Assembly (NCBI GenBank): GCA_002633005.1
Contig: NMRA01000585.1
Location: forward strand, 92,164 to 156,163
Direction of reading: 5' to 3'
DNA from: Phoronis australis
Taxonomy: Eukaryota > Animalia > Phoronida
DNA length: 64,000 nt
Shown here: positions 39,362-52,599 of the stretch, in pieces
Position numbering within the stretch: the first letter of the stretch is position 1
Layout: every line of letters starts with the position of its first letter
Position numbers and translations under genes: made by a program
The notes under the pieces: model-generated
What the model saw: only the letters and a program-made list of their open reading frames with translations
Database searches by the model: none
What the model was told of the DNA's origin: nothing

Positions 39362-39785
39362 GTCCCGTTTAGATATCAACTTTTGGCCCGGCGCAACTGA
39401 CACAGAGCAAATTGACCAGTGTCCAAGCGGCTGTTTATACACACAACTCACTACCTATGGCAAGACGGAAATTGCAGGCTGGAGAGACTGGATCGCACAT
39501 GCACAGGTTTACAAATGGCGAGAGTTGCAGAGACAAAGAACCCGCGCGTAGGTCATTAGGCAAGAGCAGTAGAGATGATCCTTTCCGCCTTGCCCCAGTT
39601 TCGCGTTTAGACATATAATTGACACGGAGCATTAGATGTTCAGGCCCAAATTGCTCTACCTCACAAACGGGTGGCAAAATTTGTCACCGCGGAGTCAATT
39701 TGCTCTGTGTAAGTCCGGTTTACACACTGGAACAAATCGTTCCGTGTCAGCTGATCCATGTCAACTTTTGAAGTGTAAACGGCAC
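39362..39785 (+). mobile_element. PIF/Harbinger-like (Tourist-type) MITE
   Basis: Imperfect TIRs GTCCCGTTTAGA / TGTAAACGGCAC flanked by TTA on both sides; an inverted second copy is at 40724-40950. Confidence 0.72.
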
Positions 39786-40723
39786 TTACGTGTTGACTAG
39801 GCTACCAAAAGTTGAATCTGCCAAATAATTGAAGCCATGCAATGCTGTATTACTGTCCACCTGAGGATGAATACTGCAGTACTGAACACCTTCAGGACCA
39901 GCATCACACTGAAGTTCACTGACCTTTTTACTGGCAGTGCCTTAAGTCCTTCAGGCAGCGGCTTTTTTGCTTTTTTCAACCCAGCTCAACCAAGTTCCAA
40001 CTTCCAATGATGACAGATAAAATACTTTCAAACCACCAACTTACTTTAGGTGTCTACATTGAAAGATGCATACAGCAGTTATTGCTAAGTGAACTGGGTC
40101 CTCGGCTAATGGAAATATAGTACACATCTCCAATTATGTACACAACTAATTGCAAAAAAGTCCCTTTTGCATTTTTAACAGCTTCTAACATTGAATTTCG
40201 AGGGTCTTCAATTTCTCATTCAAGACACTGTTTGATAACAGCTGCAGAACAGAATAGATTTGGTGCTATCTATACAAAAGTGCGAAATTAAAATCCCACT
40301 GGTCAACATGTTGTTTTTAAAATTACTAGCAGTGAAATTTCACCACAGACATGTTATTGAGTAATTTACGTTCAAAAAGGCTTGCAGTTTGACCAGAAAT
40401 GGGGAAAAATTCTAGAATGGAAGTTATCACTCTGACTCTGGTACACAATCCAACGTGTGTGAACTAGATAAATCCAAGACTAAAGGATTACATGCCCACA
40501 CAATCAAGTATTCAGTAAGGAAATAACAGGTTAATGTGGTTTCATGAATTGACTAAAACCCAACCATTTACGCCAGTAGCGAAAACACCTGAAATGTGAA
40601 TGGTTCCAATTGTTACTTTTGCTAGAAGTTTGACTGCTCACTTCAAAGTAGTCCCTCCCACAAGTGCAGGAAATGCGGTCTTTGTATATCGTTGTGTTAA
40701 TTAATTTATTACATAGAGCATTA

Positions 40724-40950
40724 GTGCCGTTTACACTTACAAAGTTGACACGGATCAGCCGACACGGAATGAGTTGTTCCAGTGTGTAAACGGACTGACA
40801 CGGAGCAAATTGACAACGCGGTGACTAATTTTTGCCACCAGTTTGTGAGGTAGAGCAATTTGCGCCCAAACATCTTGCGCCGTGTCAATAATAAGACTAA
40901 ACGCGAACGTGTCAGTTGCGCCGGGCCAAAAGTTGATGTCTAAATGGGAC
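40724..40950 (-). mobile_element. Internally deleted, inverted copy of the same Harbinger-like MITE
   Basis: Its reverse complement matches both ends of 39362-39785; about 200 bp of the interior is missing. Confidence 0.72.
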
Positions 40951-41174
40951 TATAGAGTGAATGTGTTGGACTTGAAATTTTGCTTCAGAAACTTATTTAG
41001 GTGCTGAAGAAACAAACTAACAGCTGGTGAAAATGAACCGTTCGTTAACAGCACATCTGTACGGTTAAAATGCTACAATTTTTTGTGGCGCTTTTTGTCA
41101 CTTATGTTTACCTAATATTTACAAGCCAGTATTCCATGGCACAAAATGTCTAGAAACAAAAAAACACATGTATA

Positions 41175-42246
41175 CAGAATTTGCCCTAATAAGAAAAATT
41201 TGTTACGGAAAGGGGGGGCACTTATTATAGCCTAGGGCGATTGAAACCCGTTCTAAGAAAACGGTGAAATTCGAAGCTAGGATTCATCAAATTTATGTTC
41301 TGCGACGTATATATAAACCATGACAGACTTTCCACAAAAATGAGGTACATTGTTTTCAAATTTCGTTGTTAAATTACAATCCTTTTTCAGAAAATTGTGC
41401 AGAAAACCCATGGCGAAAACTCGCCGACTGATGTGTCACTGCCTCGCGATTATCGATAGGGCAACTTGAATTCCTGGATAAAAATACAGTTTCAATTCAA
41501 CAAATTACCTGAAATCCTCTTTAAGTTTTCCAAATAGCGTTCCTAAGATTTTTAAGTTCCTGTGAAGTCAGGATTAACTGCATATTAAGTCCAAATCTGT
41601 GCTAGATCGCACCCCTCAACACGAGAAAAATCAAGACGAACACACATGTTGTTGTCATGTGACGTTTGTTTTGAAGTTTGTCTGTGTGTTTGTGTCGAGT
41701 GAGCGAGCACATGCGTGTCATCAGAGTTCGTTTGCCAGAGTAGCAGGCCTACGTTTATGTAGCACGCGCTTCCTGGCCACGTGCTTTTAACACTGGTCAA
41801 TTTTTTATTAGCCCTCAATTCGCGGTTTTCAAGTGTACAAAGAAGTCTGGATTCCTGCTGAGGGAGATCTGCAAGGGAAAGATACAATACAATCCTGTTT
41901 ACAAGTACGATGCGATGGTCTGTTCTGAAAGGCCTGAGCATAGTGGGACACGTTCCTCACAAGATTAGTAAAACTTTTGCATTCTTTTTGAAGCACTGCG
42001 GAAGCGTAAAGTCACTGTCAAATACCGACATAGCGGTGAGGCTCGTAGTCTACAAATTCCCCGCATGATTTTTTCAGGACCGTCGGATCTTATTGATAAA
42101 TTGAAGATGTTACTGTAGAATTTTAGAACTGTAGGTAAGGCATTTTTCGCATGTAAACACGTTCCTGGGCTGGGCGATTATTTAAGCAAAGTCTAAAACG
42201 CGTGGGGCGCTTATAAGAGCACGGGCGCTTATTAGGGCGAGTATGG
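41175..42246 (-). mobile_element. Non-autonomous Tc1/mariner (pogo/Tc2-like) element, copy B (inverted, shorter)
   Basis: TA|CAGAATTTGCCCTAATAAG...CTTATTAGGGCGAGTATGG|TA; homologous to copies A and C. Confidence 0.78.
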
Positions 42247-45200
42247 TATGTCCATAGTATTGAAGCACTTGCAAAGAAACATGAAGATTAGACTTGGCCT
42301 GATAAAATAAGCATTTCCTAGCCTATGCCATGGCCAAGCAAGTAACAAACCTCCAACAAACGTCCAATGGAAATTGAAACTTCTTGGAATCTGGGAAATG
42401 GACAAACTAGGGACATGACCTTCTGATCAAGGTCTTCTCAAAACACCAAGAATGAAACAGTACGATGTGGCAGAGACTACAGTCAAATGAGAGACATCTG
42501 GGCAGAGGTGAGCAAGCAACAGACAGGGAAGATCAGATGAAAAGTTCATGTAGGGGACACCTGGCTTTCACTGTGTTTAGACTGTGGAGATGAGGTGCAC
42601 ACAAACACTGGTCTACAAGTACATCATTTACAGAAACCCATGGATAGATGTTTGGCAGAAAATAAAAAATCTTGAGAGCTTAGTAGTCTGTGACTTGATT
42701 TACGTATAGGTTGTATCTAGACAGGCAGATGACCAAGCACAACTCCAGAGGTAACTTGACCCCAATCAAGATGAGTGTCCACACAGACAAACCAGATATC
42801 AGTATCAAAAAGGAAATTATAAGCATTCATCCCGCACATATGTCAAGAGAGTCAAGTGCCAATGTGAGCTAAGCTGTGAAAGCACGTAGCCCGTACGTAC
42901 TTCCCCGTCTCGTCACAGTTCCTGTCCACATGAGCACTGGAGTAAGTTGATTCGTTGCAACTGCATCGTCTCATTTTGTTCCAGGTACAACTTGCCCAGG
43001 AACAACTGCCAGGCTAGATACAACAGAATCATACTTAACATTTGGTCCAAAGAAAATCAAGTCACACAGAACTACAAGAAATGAAGCTTCGGCTCTCAGA
43101 AAATCTCTGTTCTGACCAAGCAAATGCTCAATGAGCATGGCACTAAAACAAGTAAACAATAGTTTCACACACAGTAATGAACACCACAGCATACTGACGT
43201 AGAGAGTTCACCAGACCCAAGACCACCTCTATATATTTCATCACACATTGACCACTGAGTTTACACCTACAAGGAGGTCAGCTAGCTATAATTAAATGCA
43301 GACCAGAAGATCAAGTGCAATGGCCATACTAGAGGCCTACACAGCCCAGACTGTAAATCACTGTAGGAGATGAGTTAAACCATGTAATCAGCCATTAGTG
43401 GTTGACAGTATGTAATCCATACCCCATGTGTTGCCAGTCAAGGCTTGGGGCACACTCTGTTCCTTTTTCTGTTTCTGTGGTGACCTCAGAGGGTTGGCAC
43501 CAGATAGTCTCCGGCCCTCCTCCTTCCAGTATTGCTCGCAAGGTAAATTTGGAGATGCAACCAAGTTCGTGCACACTCACTCGGCCCCCTCATCCAAGGA
43601 AAGGTAGATTACGAAAAGCCAAACCTACTCCGTGTGTTAGAATTTGAATTTTTGATGAGCAAGATATCAGCCATCAGCAAAGACTAGAAAAATGGCCGCA
43701 CGGAACCAGATGTTGTGGCTGATGTAGATGGAGGTCGACCCAGTGGTCTTTTGAAATTGACCTATCGCAAGCTCCGCCCCCTTACAAAATGTTGACAAAC
43801 AAACAATAAGTTTTACGCGGCAACGTGTTGATTGTTGGGTAAAATGGCAGATTGGAAACGAAGATGTATCAAGAATGCTGCATTGTAAATGGTCAGTTAA
43901 GCCGTCACTCAAAATCCTGGCGATAGGTCAACTGTGACACTTAGGGCAATAAGCAACAGCCTAAAAAATCAACTAAGTCAAACGCCATGTTGCTTCCGAT
44001 AAACACTGTGACAACCCCTATTATAGTTACAGGAGCATAATTTATTCCTTCACAGATGCTAAGACATAAAATACATTTGCTTTGCTTACAATGCTACATT
44101 TTTCTAATCTTAAAGGTATGCAAGTCACCAAGCACTGGTTAGGAACTCCACCTAGGGTTGGAACATGGAACCATTTAGTTGCCAACCATATTGTTTTTGA
44201 TGCATATCATGAAAACCAACAAATTTTAACTTGTTGAATATTGTGCTTTGACATAGCACAAATAATTTGCCAGTTGTTATCGGTACGTATCCTAATTCTA
44301 AAGCTAGAAATCATAAATAGCTAAGACAAATGCATTAGAATGTCAAGATCTGGTGAATAAAAACATCATACAGTAACTTTTGCCAACCAGTGTCCAAAAT
44401 CGGGGTATTTTCGTTCATACGTGGAATATTTACTCCAACCAATTGATTACTGGATGGAACACACTTATTCCAGAACCAACAAATTCTTATGTCTTAGTTT
44501 TGTCAGTACTGAAAGACAAAATCACAAATTCTCATGACAAACTATAATGAATATTGAAAAATCATTGGGTGACCCTTTAAACAATATGTCAGACACCGGC
44601 CAGAGAATATCAAACTTAACAGAAGACAGGACTAGAAAATTTCCAATCACATCACATAAAAGTTGAAAGTTTACTTGATATGTTATGCCACACTGTACAG
44701 GAAATTTTGAGTTGAGTCTCCACTACAAGTTGATGGTCTCGAGGTGGGGACATTCTTATTGAGTAATACCTATAGATTCACATGAAGCAGAATAAACAGC
44801 TCTCCAAACATTCCTACCCAACTCCTCAAAGATGTCTTCCATGACATTTAACAATCCTCGAATCCAAGGTGTGAAAATCTAGAAATTAATGGTCTCCATA
44901 CTGGTGACATTAAATAATTTACCAGATGGTGTACATTAATCCAACAATGCAGAGTTCAAAGACCTCCACTGCTTGTGAAGCACATGAATACAGTAAGCAA
45001 GCCTTGTTTACAACAGCAGGAATGACCATTGACCAGCTAGCTGTAACTTGGTACTGTGTAACCATAGCCAGTTCACAGATCCATAAATTCATCAGAGGTC
45101 AGCTGTTACGGCATGACCAGTATCCCACAAGATTGGCTAGCTCAAGCTAAAACAGGACAGGTAGAAATCCATTCAAACAGCACTCACAAGACATGTGTTT

Positions 45201-46199
45201 CCAAACAAACCTGGAGGAAGCTGTGTTATTATACACCAGACAGTCCTCAATATGCCTATTGAACATGGCAACCTGTATGAGATAACAGAGGAAGCAACTT
45301 ATTGACCCTCAAAGCTATCCATGTTTCACACTATCTTGGCATGGCAGGAACACAGATGCAAAAGGAAGATTACTCAGCACAGAAATAATATAATAAAGGT
45401 CACCATCCCCTGTCTGGCAAAACAGCAGAGACATGAATGATGTGATGAAGAGAGTTTAGAAACTGTGTGTCAGTGCTACACAACAGAGGATGTGAAACAG
45501 TTCCTTTATCATCGGTTAACAAATACCAACTTACAAAATACATGTACCTCAGAATTCGCAAATATTTGTCAAACAGTCATGAAACATAATACTGACAAGC
45601 TAGTTTGTCGCACAATGCTAATCCTTATGCAACTAGCACAGGCATACGTGCCAATCATAATTTTTCCATAATTGTCACGTAAATCACCGACTAATGTCTT
45701 AATATTTGCATGAGAGATAGCCAGACTATTTTTGTCGCTATTTGCTCCAAGTGTCAGTTTTAATTGCTCTACATTAGTATCCCGTAATACTTTTCTAGAT
45801 GATGTTTTTCAAGAGGGAAGTGTGGCTTACCATGAAAATATCAGCTAACACGATTATTACACTGAGACACATACCGCATTTAAAAACAGATAATTACAGA
45901 GCGTGCCCGGCATCAATGACATATAAAAATGTTCATTGACGCACTGTGATTCCTAGACATCAGCTAAGGACTGCCTTAAAATTTTGTTGCAATCATGCTG
46001 CGATGGGAATGAAAACACATAACAGTGACAGTAGCAATGTTCAGTGAATTCGCATACAGGAGTTCACCATGTTCTGTGTTTCATGTTAAAATTATCGTTA
46101 ATAATTAGATAACAGATAGGTAACATTTTCCATAACAAGAACACAGCAGAGCGTTGAAATACCCCCATGACTGCACCGCAAATGGTGTTTCTAGGGGTG

Positions 46200-47426
46200 C
46201 TTATTTTTAGCATAAAAATGGCCATTAGATGGAATAGAATACATTGAAACCATACAAAAATGAGAAGGTGTCGTCGTCTCTCAAAATTATTTGTCAAATT
46301 TCATATCAAAGAACTCCAAAGATCAAAAGACAAACGTAAACAAACTGTCATTAGGAACCACAGCAAGAGCAGTCGAATCCGTCCATGTGCTGTCAAGTTG
46401 ATAGAAATACAACTGCAAAATTTCAAAAACATCTTGCCAGGGGTTTAGGAGATACAGCCCCAGATGCGGAAAAATGTCACTTGAGGGCACCACAGTAGTT
46501 GGACCCATTTGAAAAACCACGTCAGACAGTTCTCAGTAGAAACACAGCTGCCAATTTTCATAATGATTCACTGCACGGCTTGGAAGATACAAAAGAAGAT
46601 GACAAAAGAAGATTAAATGTCCACTCGTTGGTGCAGAATAGGTAAAATCCATCACAAAAAGGAAAGGTGCTGTAATCTTCATAATAAATTTGTTTGCCCA
46701 ATTTCATGAAAAAGCATCAAGGAACTCTTAAGACGCAAACACAAAAAATAAAATTGCCACTAGGGAGCATAGCTGCAGTTGGATTGGTCTGAAGCTGGCC
46801 GCCATCTGTTGCCATCTCCATAGGAACACATCAGCTAAATTTCAGAAAGTTCTTGCAAAGGGTAAAGGAGATACAGCCATGAACTAAAAAAAAATGAAAT
46901 TGCCATTAGGGGGTGCCAGAGTAGTTGAACACGTCCGAAAATCAACGTCAGCCTTGATCTTTGGAATACATCCCAAAATGTTAAAAGTGATCCTTCAAGA
47001 GGTTTGGTAGACGTAGAATGTGATTTCAAAAACGGCCACCAAGTGGCACAGAATACATCAAATTCACCCAAAAATAAGAGGGCGTTGTCGTCTTTTTATA
47101 AACACCTATTTGCAAAATTACATGATAATAACGACTGCTATAGGTCAAATCTATCCGAAAACGGAAACTTGTCAACTCTTTAATAGAAACCCATCTATTA
47201 AATTTCATAAAAATCTGCCACGGAGTTCATAAATGAAAATAATAAAAATGCCACACACGTGGCACAGCAGTAGTCGGACCCATCCAAATGCTGTCGTTGT
47301 CCGTTGTCTGCTCCATATAAAAACACTTGCCAAATTTAATAAAGATCCTGCAGGGTGTTTGGGATATGTATACAGCCATAGATGCAAAAAAAAACTGCCA
47401 TTAGGAGGTGCCACAGTAGTTCGGGT
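46200..47426. repeat. Degenerate array of about 135-145 bp units with a GCCACTAGGGGGTGC-like core; continues at about 50620-50900, and the same family is inverted at about 3540-3605 and 5330-5850
   Basis: Cores at 46476, 46620, 46756, 46902, 47035, 47250 and 47397. They share context such as AAAATGCCA.., CAGTAGTTGGACC, CCAAATTTCAT and GGAGATACAGCC. Confidence 0.6.
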
Positions 47427-48597
47427 CAGGCCTTTATCCAGGATTTTGAAAATAGGGTGTCCAAAATGGGGTTCCCAACAGGCCTTCATGCAGCGTACGT
47501 CCTGGGCGTCCATTTGGACACCCTAGCACTAATGTAGACGCCCTGGCAAGGACGCCCAATGTATCATTTGGACGCCCTGTCAATCAGAATTTCTCCAGTT
47601 TGGACACCCACATTGAAAGATTACTAAGACTCCCAGTTAATCAAAGCAGGAAGTTGGCCCTTTCAACTGGAAAGAGATATACAAAGTATTTAAAATGTTG
47701 CAATATTCAAACTATTTTCAAAATTATGTGGTAGACCTGTCAATCATTAGCTCTGGTTGGTTGCCAGAGTGTCTGCTTTCAATAGACTCACATGCCACTG
47801 CCATTCTGTACTTCATATAGGGACATGGACCTTGCCTAACTCCAAACTGGTGTTTCAGAGCTGTAATTTCATGTACTTCATCTTTTTTTAAAAATACCAA
47901 AAGCAAAATAAATGTCATTACTTTAATAATATGATGTGCCGCAAGAATATCCCCATTTAAAATGTTTGAGTTTTCACCTGTTTCATGCTTTTCTATGTGC
48001 GTCTAAAATGGAGCAGCAGTGACACCTGTTGTCAAAATATAAACCACACATCATCTGTGCATTTTTCTTTTGTTGGTAACTACAGCTTNCCCTGGAATAT
48101 TGGGAACTCCATTTTGGACACCCTATGTTCGAAATCCTAGATGAAGCCCTGGTTCCCAATATTCCAGGGTGTCCATGATTCCGATGCGCAACACCCCACC
48201 CCCAGCAATCCCCCAAACACACAGATTTTTTTACAAAAAATGCATAGACCAAGGTTTTTACATCTAAGTTTACAAAACAGCCTTCTCTATTGAGCATTTT
48301 TACTAAAAAAATGTAGACCAAGACTTTTCCTATGCTATCAGCCAAGTGTGAGCATAGCAACATTGTATATACTTTGTATTGTATATTTCTTCCTGCTTTG
48401 AAAAAAGAGCCCCCACTGTGAACCTTCAGAGGCTTCCTAGTATTCATTACAATGAGTGAGTCCAAACTTGACAAGTTCCTATTGACAGTGGGCATCCAAA
48501 TGATACATTGGGCATCCTTGCCAAGGCTTCCAGTCTGTCCAGATTAGTGCTAGGGCATTCATTTGGATGCTCAGGACATACGCTGCATAAAGGCCTG
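47427..48597 (+). mobile_element. hAT-like MITE (outer copy), interrupted by a same-family insertion
   Basis: Perfect 11-bp TIR CAGGCCTTTAT / ATAAAGGCCTG and an 8-bp TSD GTTCGGGT (47419-47426, 48598-48605). Confidence 0.88.
47479..48151 (-). mobile_element. hAT-like MITE (inner copy), inverted and nested in the outer copy
   Basis: CAGGCCTTCAT...ATGAAGCCCTG ends and an 8-bp TSD GTTCCCAA (47471-47478, 48152-48159). It contains an N at 48089. Confidence 0.82.
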
Positions 48598-48677
48598 GTT
48601 CGGGTCATCCGAATATCCTCATCAGCTGTCTTCTTAACAGTTGAAATATAAACGCCAACTCTCAAAATCATCCTTAA

Positions 48678-50612
48678 AGGCGCATGCCACCCAAAAAACA
48701 ACCCAATTTGTATCAATTTTGATCGAGTTGTTCTATTCCATAACCACATGTGCGGTTGCGTTACCTGACACCTGACGGCAGACGGAGGTGCTGAAATTAT
48801 CCAGTTACGTCATCGGTTTCACACGCATTCTGTTCAGCAGTTCACAACACGGGTTACTGGTGTCAGCTTATCGCTTGGAGTCATCGTTTAACACCAATAA
48901 ATCATCAAACTTCAAAGTAAAACCCTTAAAAATACACCGAGTTCTTACAAAAACGTGTTGTTTTATTTCACTGTTACGGATTTATTGGTATTTGGACACA
49001 CCGTAGCCTACAAAGTTCGGCAGGCCAATAAGGTCCTTAGCAGGAGTTTGGGATGTGTTCGGAGATAATTTCGAAGTATTTTTCGTGAGATTCAGACAGG
49101 AGAACCTAGATCTGTGTTGTTTAGACTTGTGATTTTCTGAGTTCTAAACACAAAATGCTTGTTATCCTGGCCAGTGGCTCTGATCGGAGCCCGATCAGGC
49201 CCGTCGCGGCCCAGCCGGCCATGATTGACTCGTTATCCCGACCAGTGGCTCGGAAACTGATCAGACATCACGAACAAACCAGCCAAAGTTAAGTGGAAAC
49301 TAAACTTCCAGTCAAGAAAATACTATACCAGTGCTCCAAGATAATGTGCACGTGATTCAGGCCTTCATCCAGGATTTCGAAAATAGGGTGTCTAAAATGA
49401 GGTTCCCAATATTCCAGGGCGTCCATAATGCTGACACGTAACCCCCCATCCCCAGCAATCCCCCCAAACACACAGATTTTTTTTACAAAAAAATGCATAG
49501 ACCAAGGTTTTTACATCTAAGTTTACAAAACAGCCTTCTGTAGTGAGCATTTTTAATAAAACATTGGTGTAGACCAAGACTTTTACAATGCTATCAACCA
49601 AGTGTGAGCATAGCAACATTGTATATACTTTGTATATACATTGTATATTTCTTCCTGCTTTGAAAAAAGAGCCCCCACTGTGANAGGGCAGAAGTTGTAC
49701 AGTGACAATCATTATTTGAGTAATGTAAATGTAAATAAAGATTACCCTAACACCTGGTCGTGGGATGGAAATTGAGTTGTTTCACAACAGTTTCTTCCAG
49801 CAAACACTAAATTAGCATGAGCTCACACGGCCTCGGTGTCCCGTCAATTAGTTTTATTGCACTTAAAGCCCGTAACGCAGTGATTTATTCATTGCTGGCT
49901 TCTAAAATCATTTGCACTCACAAACACTCCAAAGGCATTACAAATTGCATCTAATGAGACCGGCAGACTTTGTTTCAGTTTTATATAAGTATTGGTTAGG
50001 GTGAGAATAATTCATTTTGAAACAGAACCCTCAGTAATAAATGCCAACATGGCAACTCGCAATCCCGACTTAGGACGAGCTAGAGCCCATCAGTCCCGAT
50101 TTCGCAGGTGGATAGTTAAGTTTTACAGGCTATCAATTCGAACAGGAATACAGTGATGAAGAAATACTAGAGAGGCGCCTTGAACAAGCTCAGACAACGG
50201 AACGTATGGAGTTATTTTGTAAGCCGGGCATTCGTGGGGCACTGTCGACGTCGTCTGCAGGCCACAGACACGGAGATGTTTCACGGCCTCATACTTGCTA
50301 TTTACAGCGTACATTTCATTGTTCACTACCATGAACCACTTCCTAAGCATTTCGGACTCTCGAGGAAGTAAAAAAACGATATACTCGCCTTCCTCGCGGC
50401 TGCTTAGTTCGGACAAGCAGGAACGATACACCGCAACATGGCGGCATTCACTCTGCATATGAACCACCGACGTCGCCAGCGTCGTTTCTCACGTTCCTCA
50501 CAGGTTAACTCGACACCTCTTGGCAAGGTAAGGTCGACCGTATGCGAGGCGATGTGGAAATAGACCAATTAAGACGGCAAAAAAGACTAATTAAATCGAG
50601 TGGCATTCGCCT
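48678..50612. mobile_element. Kolobok-like non-autonomous element (copy 2), same family as 3610-5322
   Basis: TTAA flanks (48674-48677, 50613-50616) and TIRs AGGCGCATGCCACCC / GAGTGGCATTCGCCT. It is colinear with copy 1 and has a frameshifted THAP remnant on - at about 50260-50450. Confidence 0.82.
49358..49683 (+). mobile_element. Further hAT-like MITE copy nested in Kolobok copy 2, truncated at N 49684
   Basis: It starts CAGGCCTTCATCCAGGATTTCG, matches 47427-47478 joined to 48160-48421 without interruption, and is absent from Kolobok copy 1. Confidence 0.78.
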
Positions 50613-51091
50613 TTAAAGTGATTTGGTTGATAGAGTGTCAGATGCCAATAACAGACTAGAAATCAGTAAAAATGGCCACTAGGTGATGCAAAATATGCCG
50701 AATTAATCTGAAAACAGGAACGTGTCACCATTTTTTAACAGAAAGCTATTTACCAAGTTTCATAAAAATATGTGAAGAAACTTCAGAGAACTACAGGAAA
50801 ATGGCAAAAAATGAAATTGCCACTCTGCGTTTGTTGGGTGCGCCCAAAAGTAGATGTTGTCCTTGTCAACTTTTGATACGGTAAAATCTTGCCAATTTCG
50901 GACAAAAATAATTGCCAAAATTGGCCTTTTAAATTTTCAAACGCTTCCAATATTGTTTTGAATGTTGACAGTTGCTGGAAACATTGTCTGAAGGTAGCTA
51001 TGGCGTAGACATTTATAACGGTATAGCATCTACTTGGTACTACTTATCTTTTATTAAAAAATGAAAACATAAAATTTCGGTTGTTTGCCAA

Positions 51092-52599
51092 AGACCTAAT
51101 TCACGCGGCGGACATTAAAATCCAAAGGGAGGTTCACTGCAATAAACAAAGCGGAAGTTGACATAGTGCGAGTTAAATGGCCGGTCTTTTGAGTCCAAGC
51201 TGGATATTAAATCTTTAAAATGTGTTGATAATTAACCACAGAGACGTACAAAAATACATTAGAGAACAAGTCAATGCACCAAAGAGTTGTCTGACAAAAG
51301 GGTAATAAGTTTTTTTTCGCAAAACAAGATTCGAAAAATGAAAAGTAAATGAAACCAAATTGCGGAGATGGCAATGTTACGAATTAGGTATTATTCTGCA
51401 TGTAGGGTTACGTTTCTTCTTGGAAATTGTTGATAGAAATGTTTTCTACACGAACCAGGTCATATGCTCGTATTGTTGACCAGTTGAAGATATAGTCGAC
51501 AGTGGTGGCTCATCGCATTTTACTGTCATGTGCAATTAGTCACATCTGGTTTAATTTGTTGATAAAGAATATTAATATCAAGCATAGCCTAGGTGCTGGT
51601 GAGGTAGGGACTACAGTTGATTGGTCATTGATCTGAAAGAATAACTGATGTTATTAAATATATATTTTATTAAAATAAAAAACGAGCCTCATAATTAAAA
51701 TTTAAAATTATTTGACCATCAACTCTGTTTTCTTGGTTTTAATAACTCTCATGTCTATTTCATGTGTTAGGTTTCAAATATCAATCTGGACCAAGTTGAA
51801 TTTTAAAATTAAAACACCTAATTCGTTCGTCCAACGCATAACCTCGTTTTAGAGCTCAATTTCAGTTAACTGGACAGAACAAGCATAGTTATCATGTTTC
51901 TTCATGGGCCTCACTCGTCCCAGGGGAAAGGTGTCTGTGCCTTCTGAGAGGGGAATTTTTGCACCGAGTGAGGGGAAAAATCTACCTCCTGATCACCATC
52001 AATAGCACCCCAGCCCTGTTGCTAGCTCTCATAGGCTCTGTCTCAAGTAGCATTTTGTGCTCTTTCGAATTGTCACCTGTTTGCTTACAGGTGATTTGAA
52101 CTCCGGAGAGAAATTTTTGATGACCAGGGGAATTTTTTGGCCTCGTGGGGGGGAATTTAGCATGATTTTTCAATATTTTCGAGAGGGGAATAGGGCTGAT
52201 ATTCGGCCCCAATATCGTGGGATTGATGGCCCTGTCCTTTTTGGAAAGAAAAATGCATCATGTTACAACCCAGTCACGAAAACACACCCTGGCTGGCCGA
52301 AGAGTCTCCGGTCGTTGCTATGATGCTCGGCAACTGAGAAGCGACAATTAAAATACAATCTAACTTTTCGAAAACATTTATAAATTTTACACAGACATAT
52401 TTTTCTTCATCGTGGCGTATGGCAACGACCCAACGCTTCCGAATCTCAACGTTCTTAGGGATTGTAAAACAGACAGTTGAGAGTCCGTATTTTTTCAGCC
52501 GTTCAACCAACGCAGAATACAACTATGAAGATAAGCCAACAGAGCTATCGTAGCGAGCCTCGTTTTGGAACGCGCGTCCTGTCGGCGTGAAATAGGTCT
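51092..52599. mobile_element. Degraded TIR element with a THAP remnant (possibly ISL2EU/Harbinger-related)
   Basis: TIRs AGACCTAATTCACGC / GCGTGAAATAGGTCT match at 14/15. The minus-strand peptide FTIPKNVEIRKRWVVAIRHDE (in ORF 52274-52522) is THAP-like. Confidence 0.6.

Noticed and set aside
47983-49712. Similar minus-strand ORFs of 170 and 106 aa, suggesting paralogous genes
   Set aside because: Both are chance frames in two copies of the same non-coding hAT MITE and include Ns.
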